Shown here: in pieces, positions 23,201-37,800 of the stretch
Layout of the letters: each line of letters begins with the position of its first letter
Position numbering within the stretch: position 1 is the first letter of the stretch
Assembly: GCA_001643675.2 (NCBI GenBank)
Contig: LSRY02000027.1
Span: 372,001-436,000, forward strand
Direction of reading: 5' to 3'
DNA: 64,000 nt
Source: Monocercomonoides exilis PA203
Lineage: Eukaryota; Protista; Preaxostyla
Position numbers and translations under genes: made by a program
The notes under the pieces: generated by a model
The model's input: the letters and a program-made list of their open reading frames with translations, nothing else
What the model was told of the DNA's origin: nothing
Database searches by the model: none

Positions 23201-26200
23201 TGAATAGATTATTGTCAAATGATGTGTTCAAAACAACAGTTGCACAAGACACTCCCTTTAAACTTCTTATCGTTGTTGATTTCGCAATGCAACTGTTTGT
23301 TAAAACAGTTGAATCTTCAATCAGCAACTGACTAAAACTGGAAGTAACAACATGGCCCAACCCATAATTCATCGATTGACATGGATTTGTCGAACTTCCG
23401 CAATTCTTAACATCCATCGCCAAAGAATTGGAATTGGAGACAAATATTAGCTCATTCGCAAAAATGACAACAAATGGTATTAAGTCTGTATCTGTCATGT
23501 GATCTAATGAATCAATTCCCCAAACAGCATTTGACCGATTGTATGGAGGCTCGCGCATTTCGAATTTAAACTGAAACTCGTTGATCTGAGCTTCAATCGA
23601 AAAACACTTCACAAATACGTCTCTTCCAACAAATGCGTTGTTGTTAGAAAAGTTAACATTCGCAATCAAAAATGGAAGCGGATTCAAATCTTTGGAAAGA
23701 CAATCCAAATACACGCCTCCTCCTTTGCCTCCAACTGCCGAACAAGAATTAACTATTGAATCACTGAACTCTAAACAACTTTCCACAGGAAGTGTTATGC
23801 GTGCCCCTCCTCCATAATTACTTAATTCTGCACTGCATTGATCCAAAGTTAAATTATAAAATATTGTCGAATACTTTTTTTCGCCTTCAAAAACAAATGA
23901 ACTTGCATTGTTGCCACTGCCTTGTATTTTTTCGAAAATGCTTGAATTGAAGCAAATGCTCTTCATTTCATTTTCTAAGCATTCAATTCTTGATGAAATA
24001 ACCACCAAAGTTGTCTGCGTATTTAGTGAAGAGAAAATACACAAAGTCATTGTTAATGAGCAATCAGCAACACATATCAAATTGTAGCCTAATTCATCTT
24101 CAGCTTCTTGCTTAAAAACACATTCAGATAAATCTAATGTTGCTTCAATTCCGGTTGTTTGGAGAAGAACAGCATGACCATTGGTAAACGAGTCAGGAAC
24201 ATTAAACAATATTTTCAAAAACTTTGCGCTTGAAGTTGTGATAGCAGCACCACATTCATTAGAAATAGATTCATTCACGTTCATTGATGCAAGATTGGAA
24301 TCGATCGATTTCACTGAAATGTCCTCCAAATGAATCTCTGAATCATGTGAACATTCTTCATTTACTAAAACCTGTTGCTCGCCCTCGCCATTCAGATGAA
24401 AACATCCGTAATCAATTGTGGCGCAAGGCAATATAGATCGCCCGCATCCTGCATTGTTCAATCCATGTTTTGAACTTATTTCAATTGATGAATTGCGAAA
24501 ACCAGTTATGAAATAAAATAAATCTTCATTGTCAGAAAAACGAATAATGTCTATTCCAATTAATGAATTTGCCCGCTGTATGGCTTCGATAGATAGCGCA
24601 AATCCAAATGTGACGTTATTCACAATTCTTGCAATGTCTTTACACTCCAGAAACAAATCTCTTCCGATAAATGCTTCATTTCCCGAAAAAGTTAAGTCCA
24701 AAATTTCAAAATTATCATCAGCAGGTTCACTATTCAAATACAGAAATCCCCCTTTCCCTTTTGTAAGATTTTCGCACGAACACATATTTGCTTTCGTTGT
24801 TCCGTTTACTAGCAACGAAGAGCCTTCCAAAAGAGAAAAGCATAATGAGCCTCCTTTATCACTGCATCTTGACACCACAGAATTAAATGAGCAATTATCA
24901 ATCACTATAAAATAAGAGATCGGGCTTGAAAGAAGCGCAGATGCATCTAATTCTTCTTCGCTAATATTCAAAAAATAACAATTCTTGAACATTATGCGAG
25001 GAACTAATTCCTCATTCACAAAGTGTAATTTTGATTGTGAATTCGAAAAAGAAAGATCAACCAAAGAGCATCCTGTTTGAGTAACTGTATCAACGCAAAG
25101 AGAATCAAATGATAAATGAACGTCTTTCGAAATATAAAATGGAGACGACGAAAAGGAAATTGAAGTCATGAAGCAAGCACTTAAAGTTATTGTTCCAAAT
25201 AAAGCAGAAAGAAGAGGATATGACAATGATTCCGACGAACAATTGGAGAATGCGCATGAAGAAAGCCGTAAATCACTCTGAGTTGATTCTAAGGAAAGAA
25301 AGCAATATTTGTGAAGATCGAACGATGATGGAAGGACAAATTGAACATCATTGAACTGAAGCGAGCCAGAAGTTTTGATGACACTCTTAGATGAGCCAGA
25401 AATATTGTGAGCAATGAACAATTTTGCTGTCTCATTTGGTGTGGATGATGCTACAGAATGCGAATTCATCTCAATTTCATTAAGTATTGACGTTTCAGAT
25501 CTTATTATCAATGAAAATCCGCTCTCTCCTTTCAGACGATCCAAAGAATAATCCAAAGTTTTGCATCTAATGTCTTTTCCACAATATAATTCATTCTTTC
25601 CGTTAATTTGATCGGCAAAAATCATTGATGAGAAATAGCCATCAAAAAATATGAATATATCAATATCATCGTTGAAATTTGTCGAGTCCATTCCATACAA
25701 AGCATTTTCTTTCGGTGAAACGCTTCTTGCAAAACCAAAAGACGATTCATTCACAATTTCGATTAAATCCACACATTTTATGAAAAGTTGGCTTCCAATA
25801 AATGCTTCATTAGAAATAAATGAGATCGCTTCCAGTCTCAGTTCCGCCATTTGTGAAAGCACATCCAAGTACACGCCTCCCCCTCGACCTTTCGTCAAAG
25901 ATGCAGAACAATTTTCAATATTTGTGCTATTAATAAGCCTAACTGACTGTGAAGGAAAAGATAATTGGAGCATCATCCCTCCTCCGTTCGTCGAATCAGT
26001 GGCCTTGCATGATTTAAATGTGCAATTGTTGCATTCAACTGAAAAGCCCTCAGCCAAAGAAGAAAACAAGGCATTTCCTTCACGTTTTCTTGCAAAAGAG
26101 CAAATGCTGCTTGCACACATTTCAACCATAGCGTTTGCAGACGATACAGTAAATAAGCCAACATTTTCAAAAATCCCAGTGCTCACACTAACTTTTTGCA

Positions 26201-28298
26201 AAAATACATTGCCATCAATAATTTCGAACCAAGATCTTGTAAATGGATTCGAAACAGTCTGTTCAGATTCTCCACTCAAAATACACGAAATCATTTTAAC
26301 AGCACAAATTGTGCCTGCCTGATTAGTAGATTTGGAGCGAATAATAAAAATTGGAATTTCAAGCAAATGCCCTGAAATTGGTTGAATTATCCCCAAAGAC
26401 AAAAAAGACAGCGAGCCACCTTTCACATAAAAAAATGCGTCTTGATGATTATCAACAGAATTTCTAATTTTTGTAGTTGAAGAACTTTCTCCTTGAATTT
26501 CAATTGTCCGAGAATCAACAACTATTTCTTCAAAATCTGAGGAATGCGTTCCAGTTTTTAAACGAAAAGAAATTATCGGTGAGAAACGCTCAACGCAAAT
26601 TTTCAAGCTTTTACATGGCTTTGAATCATCGACGCCACATATTAACGAATCATCAATTCCATCTGGAGCAATGAATATTGTAGTAAAACTGGGAATCCAC
26701 TCGTCTTTGTTCATCTCTGCTTCTCCTTTATAAAAAACTCTGTGATTGACAGTTTGAGTAGAGTAGCAGCATTCAAAAGGGGATCCTGTGGTAAACTTAG
26801 TTGAATTGTCGTTTATATATGCGTCTGTTCCATCTTCAGCAACATTTGCAATAAAAAGACAGAAAAATACTAATTTAACATTTTCACTTAAACGGTCAGT
26901 TGCAGAAATTGCAATTCCTCCACCTTCGTGTGCATTATTACCTTCAAACAAGCACTCTCTAACAGAATCATTGAGCATCATCCTTTGTAGTGTGATAGCT
27001 CCTCCATACGTTGTCGCCGAATTGTTTGTAAATGTCAGTGATGAAAGTGCTGTTGGTGTTGATTCGGTTGATGAATCATAAATAAATATGCCGCCTGAGC
27101 CTTTTCCAGATTTCGACTGATCAATAAAACATTTCGTCAAATCGATTGAATAACTAACCTCAAGCCCACATGCTCCTCCACATCCTGCATCATCTGCTCC
27201 ATGTTCATTGGCATAACAATGGGTAAAGTTGCTATCACTAATAACAACAGAACTAACTCCGATGGCATATATGGCACCATAATAAACTTTCACTTTGCAA
27301 GACTGCAAATAATTTTGATTATTTACATTAAAATATGAAAAGAAACATGAAATCAAAAAAATTCAAACCTCAAAAATGCATTCCACTACATTCAAGGTTA
27401 TCGGCTGTGCGAGAATATAAATCGCAGCTCCACGATCAACAATGAAAGGATGGTGCCATTCGCATCTCAAAAATGTGGAATTTTCAGTCACATTTATTCT
27501 TTGCATATTGTCAGTATCCGAAAAGTCTTCGTTTTCTAATCGACTGCAACCAATAAAAGTTGAGTTTAACACTTGCAATGAATTGTTTGGTGAATTGATT
27601 GAAGCAACAATTCCTCCTTCATATACGTTTGAAACTCTTGTAAATGCGCAAGAATTAACAATTGCAAAGGCATTGGAAATTTGTTTTTCAAAATGATGTG
27701 ATGGATCAATAGAAATGTTGTGAAAATTCAATTGATTCAAAGTCGCAAAAGATGAATACAAGGATGAGAAAAAAGGCAGAGAGAAAAGTGAGAAGGATGA
27801 AAAAGAAGAAGAGTCCATATTTATGCAAATATGAGTTGATGTTTGACGTTCTGAATTGTCAGAAGAAATTATGCATGGGAGATGTGAAGTGCAAAAAGCA
27901 GTTTTTATTGAAAGATTTTTCATAAAAATATTTCCACAATAACCACAGAATAAACTATGAAGAGCATTATCTTGAATGTGAATGGTGCTCAAAAATATAG
28001 CCAATGAAGAGTCTAGCATCATTTTAACAATGGAATTGTTTTTGTTTGTATTTATATTCACAGCTTGGATGATGAATGTTGAATTAAGCAATTGAGTGGA
28101 AGATGAAAATTGAACAAAAGGGTCAAAAATCTGGCTATCTGACATGCTCAATTTTTTTTGGAATGAACGATGGATTGTGGTGAAAAAAATAATATTCTCT
28201 CGAATGCGTTGTTTCTGGTTTTGGAAAATAATATTATCTTCAATAATTTGATTTCTTAATAACTGCATCAAAGAAATGCCAGCAATGAACCACAACAT
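20235..28298 (-). CDS. Large single-pass receptor-like protein: repeated (probably beta-helix) ectodomain, TM, degenerate tyrosine-kinase-like pseudokinase; 2 exons (28298-27369, 27302-20235), ~2,665 aa
   Basis: ORFs 27363..28298 and 20235..27356 are joined by a phase-0 intron GAG|GTTTGA...TTGCAG|TCT (27368-27303). Hydrophobic N-terminus, GGAI/FxxNxA motifs, TM WALIVIVIFAVLFLIVLVASIVATI followed by RWRR, and kinase C-lobe motifs RWKAPE, FSIGMMLWECLT, PF, GERP, RPT. No HRD or DFG. Confidence 0.85.
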
Positions 28299-28803
28299 CT
28301 TTTTAACAAAATGTTTTCAAGCGGAATTTCAATTTATTAATTGAATGATAATATAAAATGGGATTTTCTAAAATAAAAGGAACCTGATATTTTGCTTTCA
28401 AAATATTGTTCCAAACAACGATTTTGAATCTTTTCCGTTATTCGATAATTTATTAATACATTTTTTTAAATAAATATATCAAATGCACTGTGATTTAATT
28501 GCAGAAAAAGATTGGAACAAATTGTTATTTTTTTTCAAAAAATGCAAAACATTGCCCAAATAGAGAAATTTTAATATAATTATTTCTTTAAACAATTTTT
28601 ATTAAATAAAAGTTAAAAGAAAAAATTAAGAAGAAAATTAAAAATAAAAGTAAGAATTTTATTTTTAAAAAGAAAATATTTTTTACAAATCATTTTTTGA
28701 CAATGATCAATTCAATTTGAAAAAAAAAGCAACAAATCTCAACTCCAATAAGACTAGTAAGTGGAAGAACCACTCAATCAACGTATTTAAAATTTAGCAG
28801 GCT

Positions 28804-31800
28804 TTATGCAAATCCAAACCCTTCTGATCCTTCTGAGATGGCAAGTACAAGTTTTTGTCTCAAGACTTTATAAGAAGAATACGCCGGCAACTCAAGTTGA
28901 TTAAAGCAAGTGTGAGCAGAGGGAAGCCTCTTGTCGGAGGTGTGAGGAATTCTAGTGATCTCCAATTTTCTGATTTGACCGCCCATGCCAATAAGGTTGC
29001 CAAATCCTCCAATTGGTACCTTTGATGTTCCAGTTATAAACTGAACAAGTCTGGCTTTCTCCATCTCAGATAGCGAAGATACTGCATCCCAAAACCACGA
29101 AATCTCTTTGCTAGAAGCACTGTAACCACCGGAATATTCAGTGTTTTTCCGCATATCAGCAACTGATATATGAGGCATACCACTGATGAGTAATTCCAAT
29201 TCATTCACATCGAACATGCTCAACAGCCAGCAAGGAATGATTTCATATAGCCCACTGCAAAATGCCTCTATCTGCTCCTTAATGTTCTTCGTCATACGAG
29301 CCTCAGTGACAAGCATTATATATTCTAACACATTGTCTGCTGTTACATTGATAAATCGCCCACCTGGCTTAAGTTCCACAGTAGCCACTTCGCCAAACAC
29401 CTCTTCAGTGGTTTCAAATGAAAGGTCCATCTGCGAAACATCATCGCCCATTTCGAGAAGCATCTTGAGAGACTTGTGCAACTCTGGATCAACCCCTTCC
29501 AGATCGTTGAACACAATTGGCATCGACAGAATATGCTTGTAAAACGACCGAGTGAAATATACGTCAAGCAGTTGCCCTTCGGCGATCGCTTTTCCGACCA
29601 TCCTTCCAACAAACTTGAAGTACGACAAGTGGATCGGCCCAACAACATAAGACTTTGGCGATGGCTGGATTGTCGTTTGATTCAGACACTGCATAAACAA
29701 CGAATAATTTGGATTGAACATCTGCTTCGACAACGTGGCGTAGAATTCGCGCCCAACTCCACCTGCATCAATTCCTTCTTCGCCTTCAAATGAAATCTTC
29801 AGCGGTGACAAAAACTGTTCCACAGACAAATGAGCCAGTTTTTGGAATGTTTGTTCGAAGCAGCGATTACGATTCACTGACAGAGGCATAGTTCCCGATC
29901 TTGAGCGGATTGATCCAAGATGCTTCCTCAGAATCTTCTGGAATATTCCTCTCTTGACAGAAAATGAAACACACATTGGCACACGCAACAAAGTGTGGAA
30001 TACAGAGCGTGGGTTGACCATCTGCGTGTTGTAGCAAAGAAGATAGTTGACAATATCTGAATGAAGAAGACCAAACTGATGGATGGGATGCAAATCATCG
30101 GACGATGAAGACGCTGCCGTTGACCCAACAGTTGCAGTTGGCGATGTGGACGATGGAGAATGGAAACCTGTTGGAGGAGGTGATACAGAACGTAGAAATG
30201 AGCCTGAGGAAAGCATCTCTTTCTTTGAAGAGCACATGCCATCGTTTGAGCTGTCCGTCACTTTGTTGCTTTTGGCTGGAATGAATGTGTTGTCAAACAA
30301 GAAGCTGCAAGCAGAGCCATATCTTTTTGTGAGGATGTTTTCTGCAGTCTTCACGTCTTCCGTGAGCAAACTGGAAAGATGAGACAATGTTAGATACAGT
30401 TGGATAGCTGGTGCAATCAGTGGGAAATAGGAATGAATGAATGAGATAAATGCAATGTCTCTTCTGTTTCGTTGGGCAGCAGTTGCACATGGGATTGTAC
30501 GAATAGACAACGTTTGCTTGCTGAACGACGGAGCAGAGGAAGTAGTTGAAGAAGAAGAAGAAGAAGAAGAAGAAGAAGAAGAAGAAGAAGAAGATGATGA
30601 TGATGAAGATGATGACGAAGAATTACTCAGTGATAAATGATTCCCAACTGAACCTGAATCAATTGATGCACAACCAGAAATCACCTTTTCTTTCCTTTCT
30701 AAAATTGAATTCAATTTTGCTTCCAAACATTTTCGTTCTTTTTCCATTGGCTCAACACGAAGCAAACTTTGGTATGACAAAATTGGTAAGGATTCATCGG
30801 GGACGATATTGTAAATAGACAATGGATAATCAGCATTGCAAGCAGATGCAGAAGAAACAGATGAAGAAGCAAATGAATCAGTTTGAGAATTCTGCGAAGC
30901 AGATGGGTTTGAAGAAGAGGAAGAAGAAGATGCGATAGAATCCACAACAAAAGGAGGGGGAGAGCGCGAAAATGGATAGATTGTCGACGAAACAGCAAAC
31001 GGAGGTGGAGATACAGACCTGTTGCTCGGTTGAGACGAAACAGTCCTCAATGAAAAAGGCGGAGGAGATGATGGCTCCCTTTCTGAATCTCCTCTTAGAG
31101 AGAATGAAAATGATGAATGAATTGATGAGTCTTGTTGATTTGTTGGCTTGCAAGATGATGCAGACACAGAAGTCGAAGAGGAAGAAGAGGAGGAAGAATA
31201 AGAAGAATCTTGCTGTGGCAGGCCTGCCAAAGTGCAGATCTCGTCTCCAATCACTTCAAGAATCAACTGCTGTGCTCTCGACTGGTGTGCCATGCTGTCC
31301 GAACTGCTACCAACTGCTCCAGAAGTAATGGTGGATGAATGAAGAAACCGACTTTCATTGACTTTGTGTCTCCAATATGAAGGTTCGGCAGATGAATGAG
31401 AACGTCTTCCATCAACATATAACGGCGGAAGAGTCAGCCAGTCCAAAGAAAACAATTTCAGATACGAATCATCGTCTGGTTCAGCTTCTTCCAAACCAGA
31501 TCTGAGTTCTCCATCACACACTTCCATCGCTCGCGATTCACCACATGGCTCTTCATCGTCAATTGAACTCTCTTCCTCCTCGTTCTCCAATGGCAGATCC
31601 TCTTCGTTATGTTCTTCTTGATCTGTTGAATGATCTGATGAGGCTTCTGCTGTTCTTTGTGTCTCTTGGAGAATAAGTGGCTCGCCAGAAATTGTTTCAC
31701 TGCTATCAACAGACGGCTGTGCTTGTAAATCATTTTCAATACTGCCACCAATCCTGCTTCTGTTCGATCCAGCAACATAATTATCAAGAGTCGATAACTG

Positions 31801-34800
31801 AACATTAGAAAGGTTTGGAGGTTGAAGCAAATTCGAATTAAAATGATCTTCATGAGCATTTTGTGTGACAATGCTCGGAAGATGTGGAGTCAACGGAATG
31901 TCAGTACTTTCTGCGACGTTTTGCAGAGTCAAAAGAGAATGTTCTAAACTTCTGATATCATCTGAAGGAGCCATATTTCGCACTTCTTCAGCAAATTCCT
32001 TTGCTAACACAGAAAGAGATGATGCTGTTTTGCCTGAACTCGAAGGTGACGCCTTTTTACCCTGCGTTTTCGCAAACTGGGTTTCTCCGCCGTTGTCACG
32101 CAGGAATCTCTCGACAACCACAGAGTCAAGTTCAGCTCCAACTGCTTGTTCCAACGAAGGAACATACGGAATTGGTGGGATGAAGTCTGTGTTCTGGTTG
32201 CCTCGTCTGCCATCTTCGTCTTCATCTGCTTCTCCCAGCGCCATCCGAATTGTGTGCTCATCCAGCGAATCGAATCCCAAACGACTGCGCCTTCTTCCTC
32301 TTCCTCCTTCTTGCTCAGCTTCATCCTCAATCGTCACAGCCATCGGAGGCGGATATGACAAGCGATTTGTGTTCAGGCCAATTTGATTTGTTCGATTTTC
32401 AGCTCTAATCTGAGGACGAAGATGAAGAGATGGATCGTACCAGACAGTTGATGAATGATCGTTTGCCGATGAAGGTAGAGGAAGTTCGAAATGATAAATA
32501 TCCCTTTCAATAAATGTACTTGCTGGAACAGTAGCATTAGTAGAAGAAGTAGAGGTAGAAGATGAAGTCGAAGTCGAAGTCGAAGTTGAAGTCGAAGTTG
32601 AAGTCGAAGCAGTATTATTAGTATTGGAAGTTAAAGCAGTAGTAGTTGTAGAAGAAGAAGAAGAAGAAGAAGAAGAAGAAGAAGAAGAAGAAGAAGAAGA
32701 AGAAGAAGAAGAAGAAGAAGAAGAAGAAGAAATAGAAGATGCAGAAGGAGTTAATGAAGGAGAAGAAGATGATAACTCATTTGGAGATGAAAGATGCAAC
32801 GAGATCGGTGGAAGAATTGGCGCTGCTGATGAGCCAAGCAGATTAGGCGGAGGAAGAGGAATTTGCACCGTTCGAGCGTTTGTGGCCAAATTGTGAGAAG
32901 AATGGTGCAAATGAGATGAATTCATAATTGCAGACCGATGCAATGGAGGATGCGCATGTGAATGAACAACAGAAGGAGCAGATGTCAAATGAAGAGACGA
33001 TTCAGGGACAAAACCGAAAACTGGCATCGCAGAATGTGTTAATGGAGAATGTTGTTGCAACTGATCCGTAGATGTTGACGAGGAAACTGAAGAACTCCTC
33101 CAACCTGGAATGGAACTGCCAGCAGAAGTGATTGAAGGAGGTAATATTGGCCTGATTAATCTGTGGCTTCTGATAGATGGCGCGGTTGAACGATGAGCTG
33201 TTTGCGAATTGGACGAATTAGCTGCTGTTGAATTACGTGAAAAGGTAAATGTGCTCCATCCACCAGCGTGCCCAGCCATCCAACTGTTGTTGGCCCCCCA
33301 GCTGTTATTTGGTTCATTTTCGTTCGAACTGCTTGTCTGCTCTTCTTCATCATCTTCTTCATCTTCATTGTCACTGTGAGAATCATTGCCCGATAAAGCT
33401 AAATTAACCAGCTCATCCAACTCCTCCTCTTCTCCGGAGGAAGACTCATCTGCATGTGAAAGCTGCCCAGTGCTTCTCCTCCTTCTTCTTCTTAGCGGAA
33501 CATTCTCTTCTCCATCTTCTCTTTGGTCTCTTTCGTCGTGCTGTTCGATTTCGCTTTCCTCTTGTCCTTTGCTGCGTTCGCTTGCAAGTGCCTTTAGATA
33601 ATGCGATGGCAGAAGAAGAGACAGGCATCCCATCATCTGATGAAGAGCAGGCGAAATTCCTTCTATCATTTTGTTGCACTGCTTCGTCAGTACCGATATC
33701 AGAAGATCTCTTTCTCTTTCGCACGTATTCCACACCGAAATAGGAATTGTTCTGCGAAGTTCCTTCTTCAGTGCGGCAAACGAAGATGAAAGCTTTTTCT
33801 TTTCGTCTGACTCACCAAATGTGTCATTGCCATCAGTATTCTCTTTCTCCATTCTTCTTTTCACTCGATCTGCTGCACTGCTGAATTTCCTGAGTCTGGA
33901 GTGTTCTTCGTCAGCTTTCAGCAAAGTGAAGAAGTGCCTATCGTTAATCAGCGATATGGCTAGAGATATCAGCTGCATCACAGCAAATGATGATGTTATG
34001 AACGGATGCATTGACATTGTTGCTTCTGAACTGCTTGATCCAGAGTTATCAGCGAATTTGCTCTTTTCGCCCGATTGTTGAAGTCCATTCAGCATCTCAT
34101 TTGCATAAGACGCAATCATCCAGCCACCACCTTCAATCCACTGCTTAACGATTTCCCAGCTTGTCCCATTCAAAAGCTCTTTTCCTTCTATCGTGGTGAA
34201 AGATGGCCTTGGCAGAAGCTTGCTGATCGACATTGTTTGCATTCTGTCGCATGCAAGGAGCACTCTTTCACGAAGAGTTCCAATTGTTGAATTGTGGATA
34301 AGCGTGCGCGGAGGTAATATATTTCCATCAGGAATCACTTTCCTTTTGCTCAATGGTTTATTTGACTGACTCGAATTGGCGGTGAAAGAAGAGCTTGATG
34401 CTGAACTAGTTTGTTGTGAAGATAACGGTAATTCATTTGACAAAGGAGAAGGTGATGATGAAGCTGAAGATGAACTTGAAGAGGAAGAAGAAGCAGATTG
34501 TGCAGTTGAAAGTGAAGTTGCTCGCTTAGACGGTGGATGCGAGCTCAAAAGCTGCTTTCTTGACATTGAAGGAACAACAGGGAATGCTCCTCTGAAGAGT
34601 TCGTACCAATATCTCTCCATTGAGGAAAGATCTGAGTGCCTCTCCTCAGCCAAGTCGAGTGGGTCAAGTTCTTCGTTCATCATCTGCAGGAGCATATCAT
34701 CCGGATCACGAGAATTAGGCATTCTTGGCATTTTCCACCCGAACATTTCGGTCATCTCCACAAAGCTCGTGTAAAAGCGATGAAGCTCTTCGCGTTCTTT

Positions 34801-37800
34801 CTGCTGGGACATCGGACGGAACGATGGTCTGTGGGATTGAGATCTGATGAATGCGTCGCTGTTTGACAGGTGCTCAGGTTCCAATATGTTGACTGAAGGT
34901 GGAGGAGTTGCGGAATGTTTTCTGGAAGTAGAAGCAGAAGAAGAAGAGGAAGATGCCAAAGAGTTTTCTCCATTTTCTTCTGCAATGCTTTCCTTCAGTT
35001 CTTTCTGGTTATCTTTGTCCGCAACCTTCTTATCCATCGCACGCCGTGCAGCTTTGTCTGATTCAGCCACTACGTTGAAAGACGAAGAGAAGAACGCAGC
35101 AATTCGCGAGTTCAGTTTTCTTTGCGCATCATCAGAAAGAGCTTGTGGCTCTGATTGCGCAGCCGATACTATTGAAGAGGATCGTGCAGCAGAAGGCAAA
35201 TCATCTGGTGAATCAGCTTCCATCAACCCATGAACAGCTCCGCTTTCTCTTTCTCCAAGTATCCTTTCTCCTTCCTCTCCCTCATCCTCATCAGATTCAT
35301 CAGATTCATCCTGGCTGCTCACCTTGTCAGCCACATCTGCATCTCGTGATGATGTCCAATAAGTGTCGCTTGTTTGGAAGAACTTCAAAGGCAGAAACAT
35401 CAAATGATCAATCGAATTGGACAAGCAAGTTATCTGCGGTTCTGCTGCTTCAAACAGGAAGTAATGAATCAATGACGGTTGAAGATACGCATTCCCTGTC
35501 TTTGGATTGACCATCTGAAGCAATGCTCGAAGCTTCCAGCCAGAATTCTTTGAAGAAAGCGAAGAGGAAGCATTTTGCACTTTGCTTGCTGAGGAAGCGC
35601 GAGTGCTTTTGTTCATTTTTTGTTTTGATAACTTCATCTGTTCAATCACCACTTTAGGTTCAATCCATGGATGATACACAACAACCGACTCAAGTGTTGA
35701 TTCTACAACAGATGGAGCCGATGAGTGCGAAAATAGACCAGAAGAATGATTTTTCTGTGCCTCTTTCTTTGATAAATTGCCAGGTAATGTAAGAAATCCG
35801 AGTTGCAAATTGCTTGCCGCGCTTGAAGAATGGCTTGCTGGTGACAAATGTTGATTTCCACTTTCCTGCGCATTTTCATGCTCGACCATCTGCTCAGATG
35901 GAACTTCAGCCAACGGTGATGGGATTGAAATACGAACAGCCTTCGAATCCTTTTCGTCTGCTTCAATTTGTTGCTCTTTGTCTTTGTCTTCTTTGATTTT
36001 AGCTATTTCCTCATCAAGTTTTCTTTTCTCTTGATAGAGTTTATATCTTTTCTTTGTATCCTTTATTGCAGAATCAATGCTTTCTTCAGTCAATGGAGGT
36101 GCAAATAGCTCTGAAACAGGAGCTCCAAATGGGAAGTGATCTCTGAAACTGGACGATGCTGATTCTGAATGACATGAAAGACATTCATCATCAGCGTCAG
36201 CGTCACAAGCAGAGCAACAAGAAGAGCTTGCAGAAGATGATTCAATACTCATCTGATTTGAACGGTGCTTTCTATTTGCTTTCTTTCTTTCGCTTTTTGC
36301 AATTAAGTCAAACATTTGAGCAACTGCAACTCTTCCATCTCCTCCGAACTCCATTTCTATTCTTGTGCGAACATATTCCTCTGCTTGCGCCTCCACATTG
36401 TCCAAAAGAGAGCTTGGTATGAAGATTGGGCTGTCGTCTGTTATTCTCGTCAAAGTTGACTGCAGCAGTGGAAATGGAAGTGTGCACAATGGAATAGGCA
36501 AAAGAGGATCAGAACCATCTGATTTGTCTTCATCGTATTTTGATGGATCATCTTTTGTTGAAGAAGATCCGCTCGTACAGCCTTTATTCGCTCTTTTGCT
36601 TGCAATCCTCTCTTCCATTTTCTTCTCTTTCAGCTTAGCTTCTGCCCATGCTCGCTCTCTTTCTTTCCTTTGACCATTCACAAAGGCGCTAAGAATGACA
36701 GGTCCCCAACGAAAATGCTTCACTAAAGGAGCAGATGAGCGCTTCAGAAGAGATACATGAACAGAGATTAATGAGAGTATCTGCTTCAGAGCAGCAAAGA
36801 AGCAGTTGTCATCAACCATAAACGGTCCAAGAATCTTGGCAAGTGTCAGTGGCGAGAAAAAGTTTTCGTTTGAAAGCGGAGAAAGTGATTTCTCATTCAA
36901 CTGAGAAGCTGAATGGATGTTCAAAGAGAATGCAGTGGACGAGAACAGAGAGAATAAGGAAGAAATACATGCATTCAAGCATACTGTAGTTGGCATTGAA
37001 AGAGAAGCATGTGAAAGATGAGTAGGCGGATGAATGTTTCGTGCTGCGGCCAGGTCAACGGTGTAAAACAATGGAGATATTGCAGAGAACGGAACAACGG
37101 GGCAAACGCTATTAACGACCAATGCAGAAGAACTAGGTGAAGATGCGGATGGTGAAGATAATGATATTGAAGTGCTGACTGATTCACTTTCAGACATCGA
37201 TTCGGAAGAAGATGAGTTCTGTGAAGACAACACAAGAGCCGAGTCTCTTGGAAGAGACACAAAAGAAAGCACAGCAGGAATCACAACGTTCAAAAGAGTG
37301 ACTGAAAGAGGAGGACGAGACAATACATTCAAAAGTGGATGATTTGTCAAATGGAGCAGCAGATCCAGAAGATACACCGGCTGCTGTACAGTTGCTTGCC
37401 TTATTCTGCCAAACGGCAGTTTGCTCCATTGAGTTGTCTGTGTGGCACATATTGCAATTGAGAAGAGATGATCAGAGCGGCACAGGTTGAGAAGGAGCTG
37501 CGTTTGTTTCATCAGACGGATAACAGACATTGTGAAACTGTGCGCATTTTGAAGATTCTTCACTTTCAAAAGCGATATGTCAAAATAAAATGAAGAATTT
37601 GAGTGGAGAGCATCTAACTTTTCTTGAGATCCCATTTTTGAATGTGGAATAAAGTCAGTAAAGTTCGTTGTTTCTTCCATGTTGTTTATTGCTGTGATAA
37701 GTGCTCCCATTGCCATCAATGCAAGCACTTCGCGAGGATTCAAAGAAGTTTCGCGTTGTTGCGAGCTCGAAGATGACAAACTATACAGAACTGCACGCAT

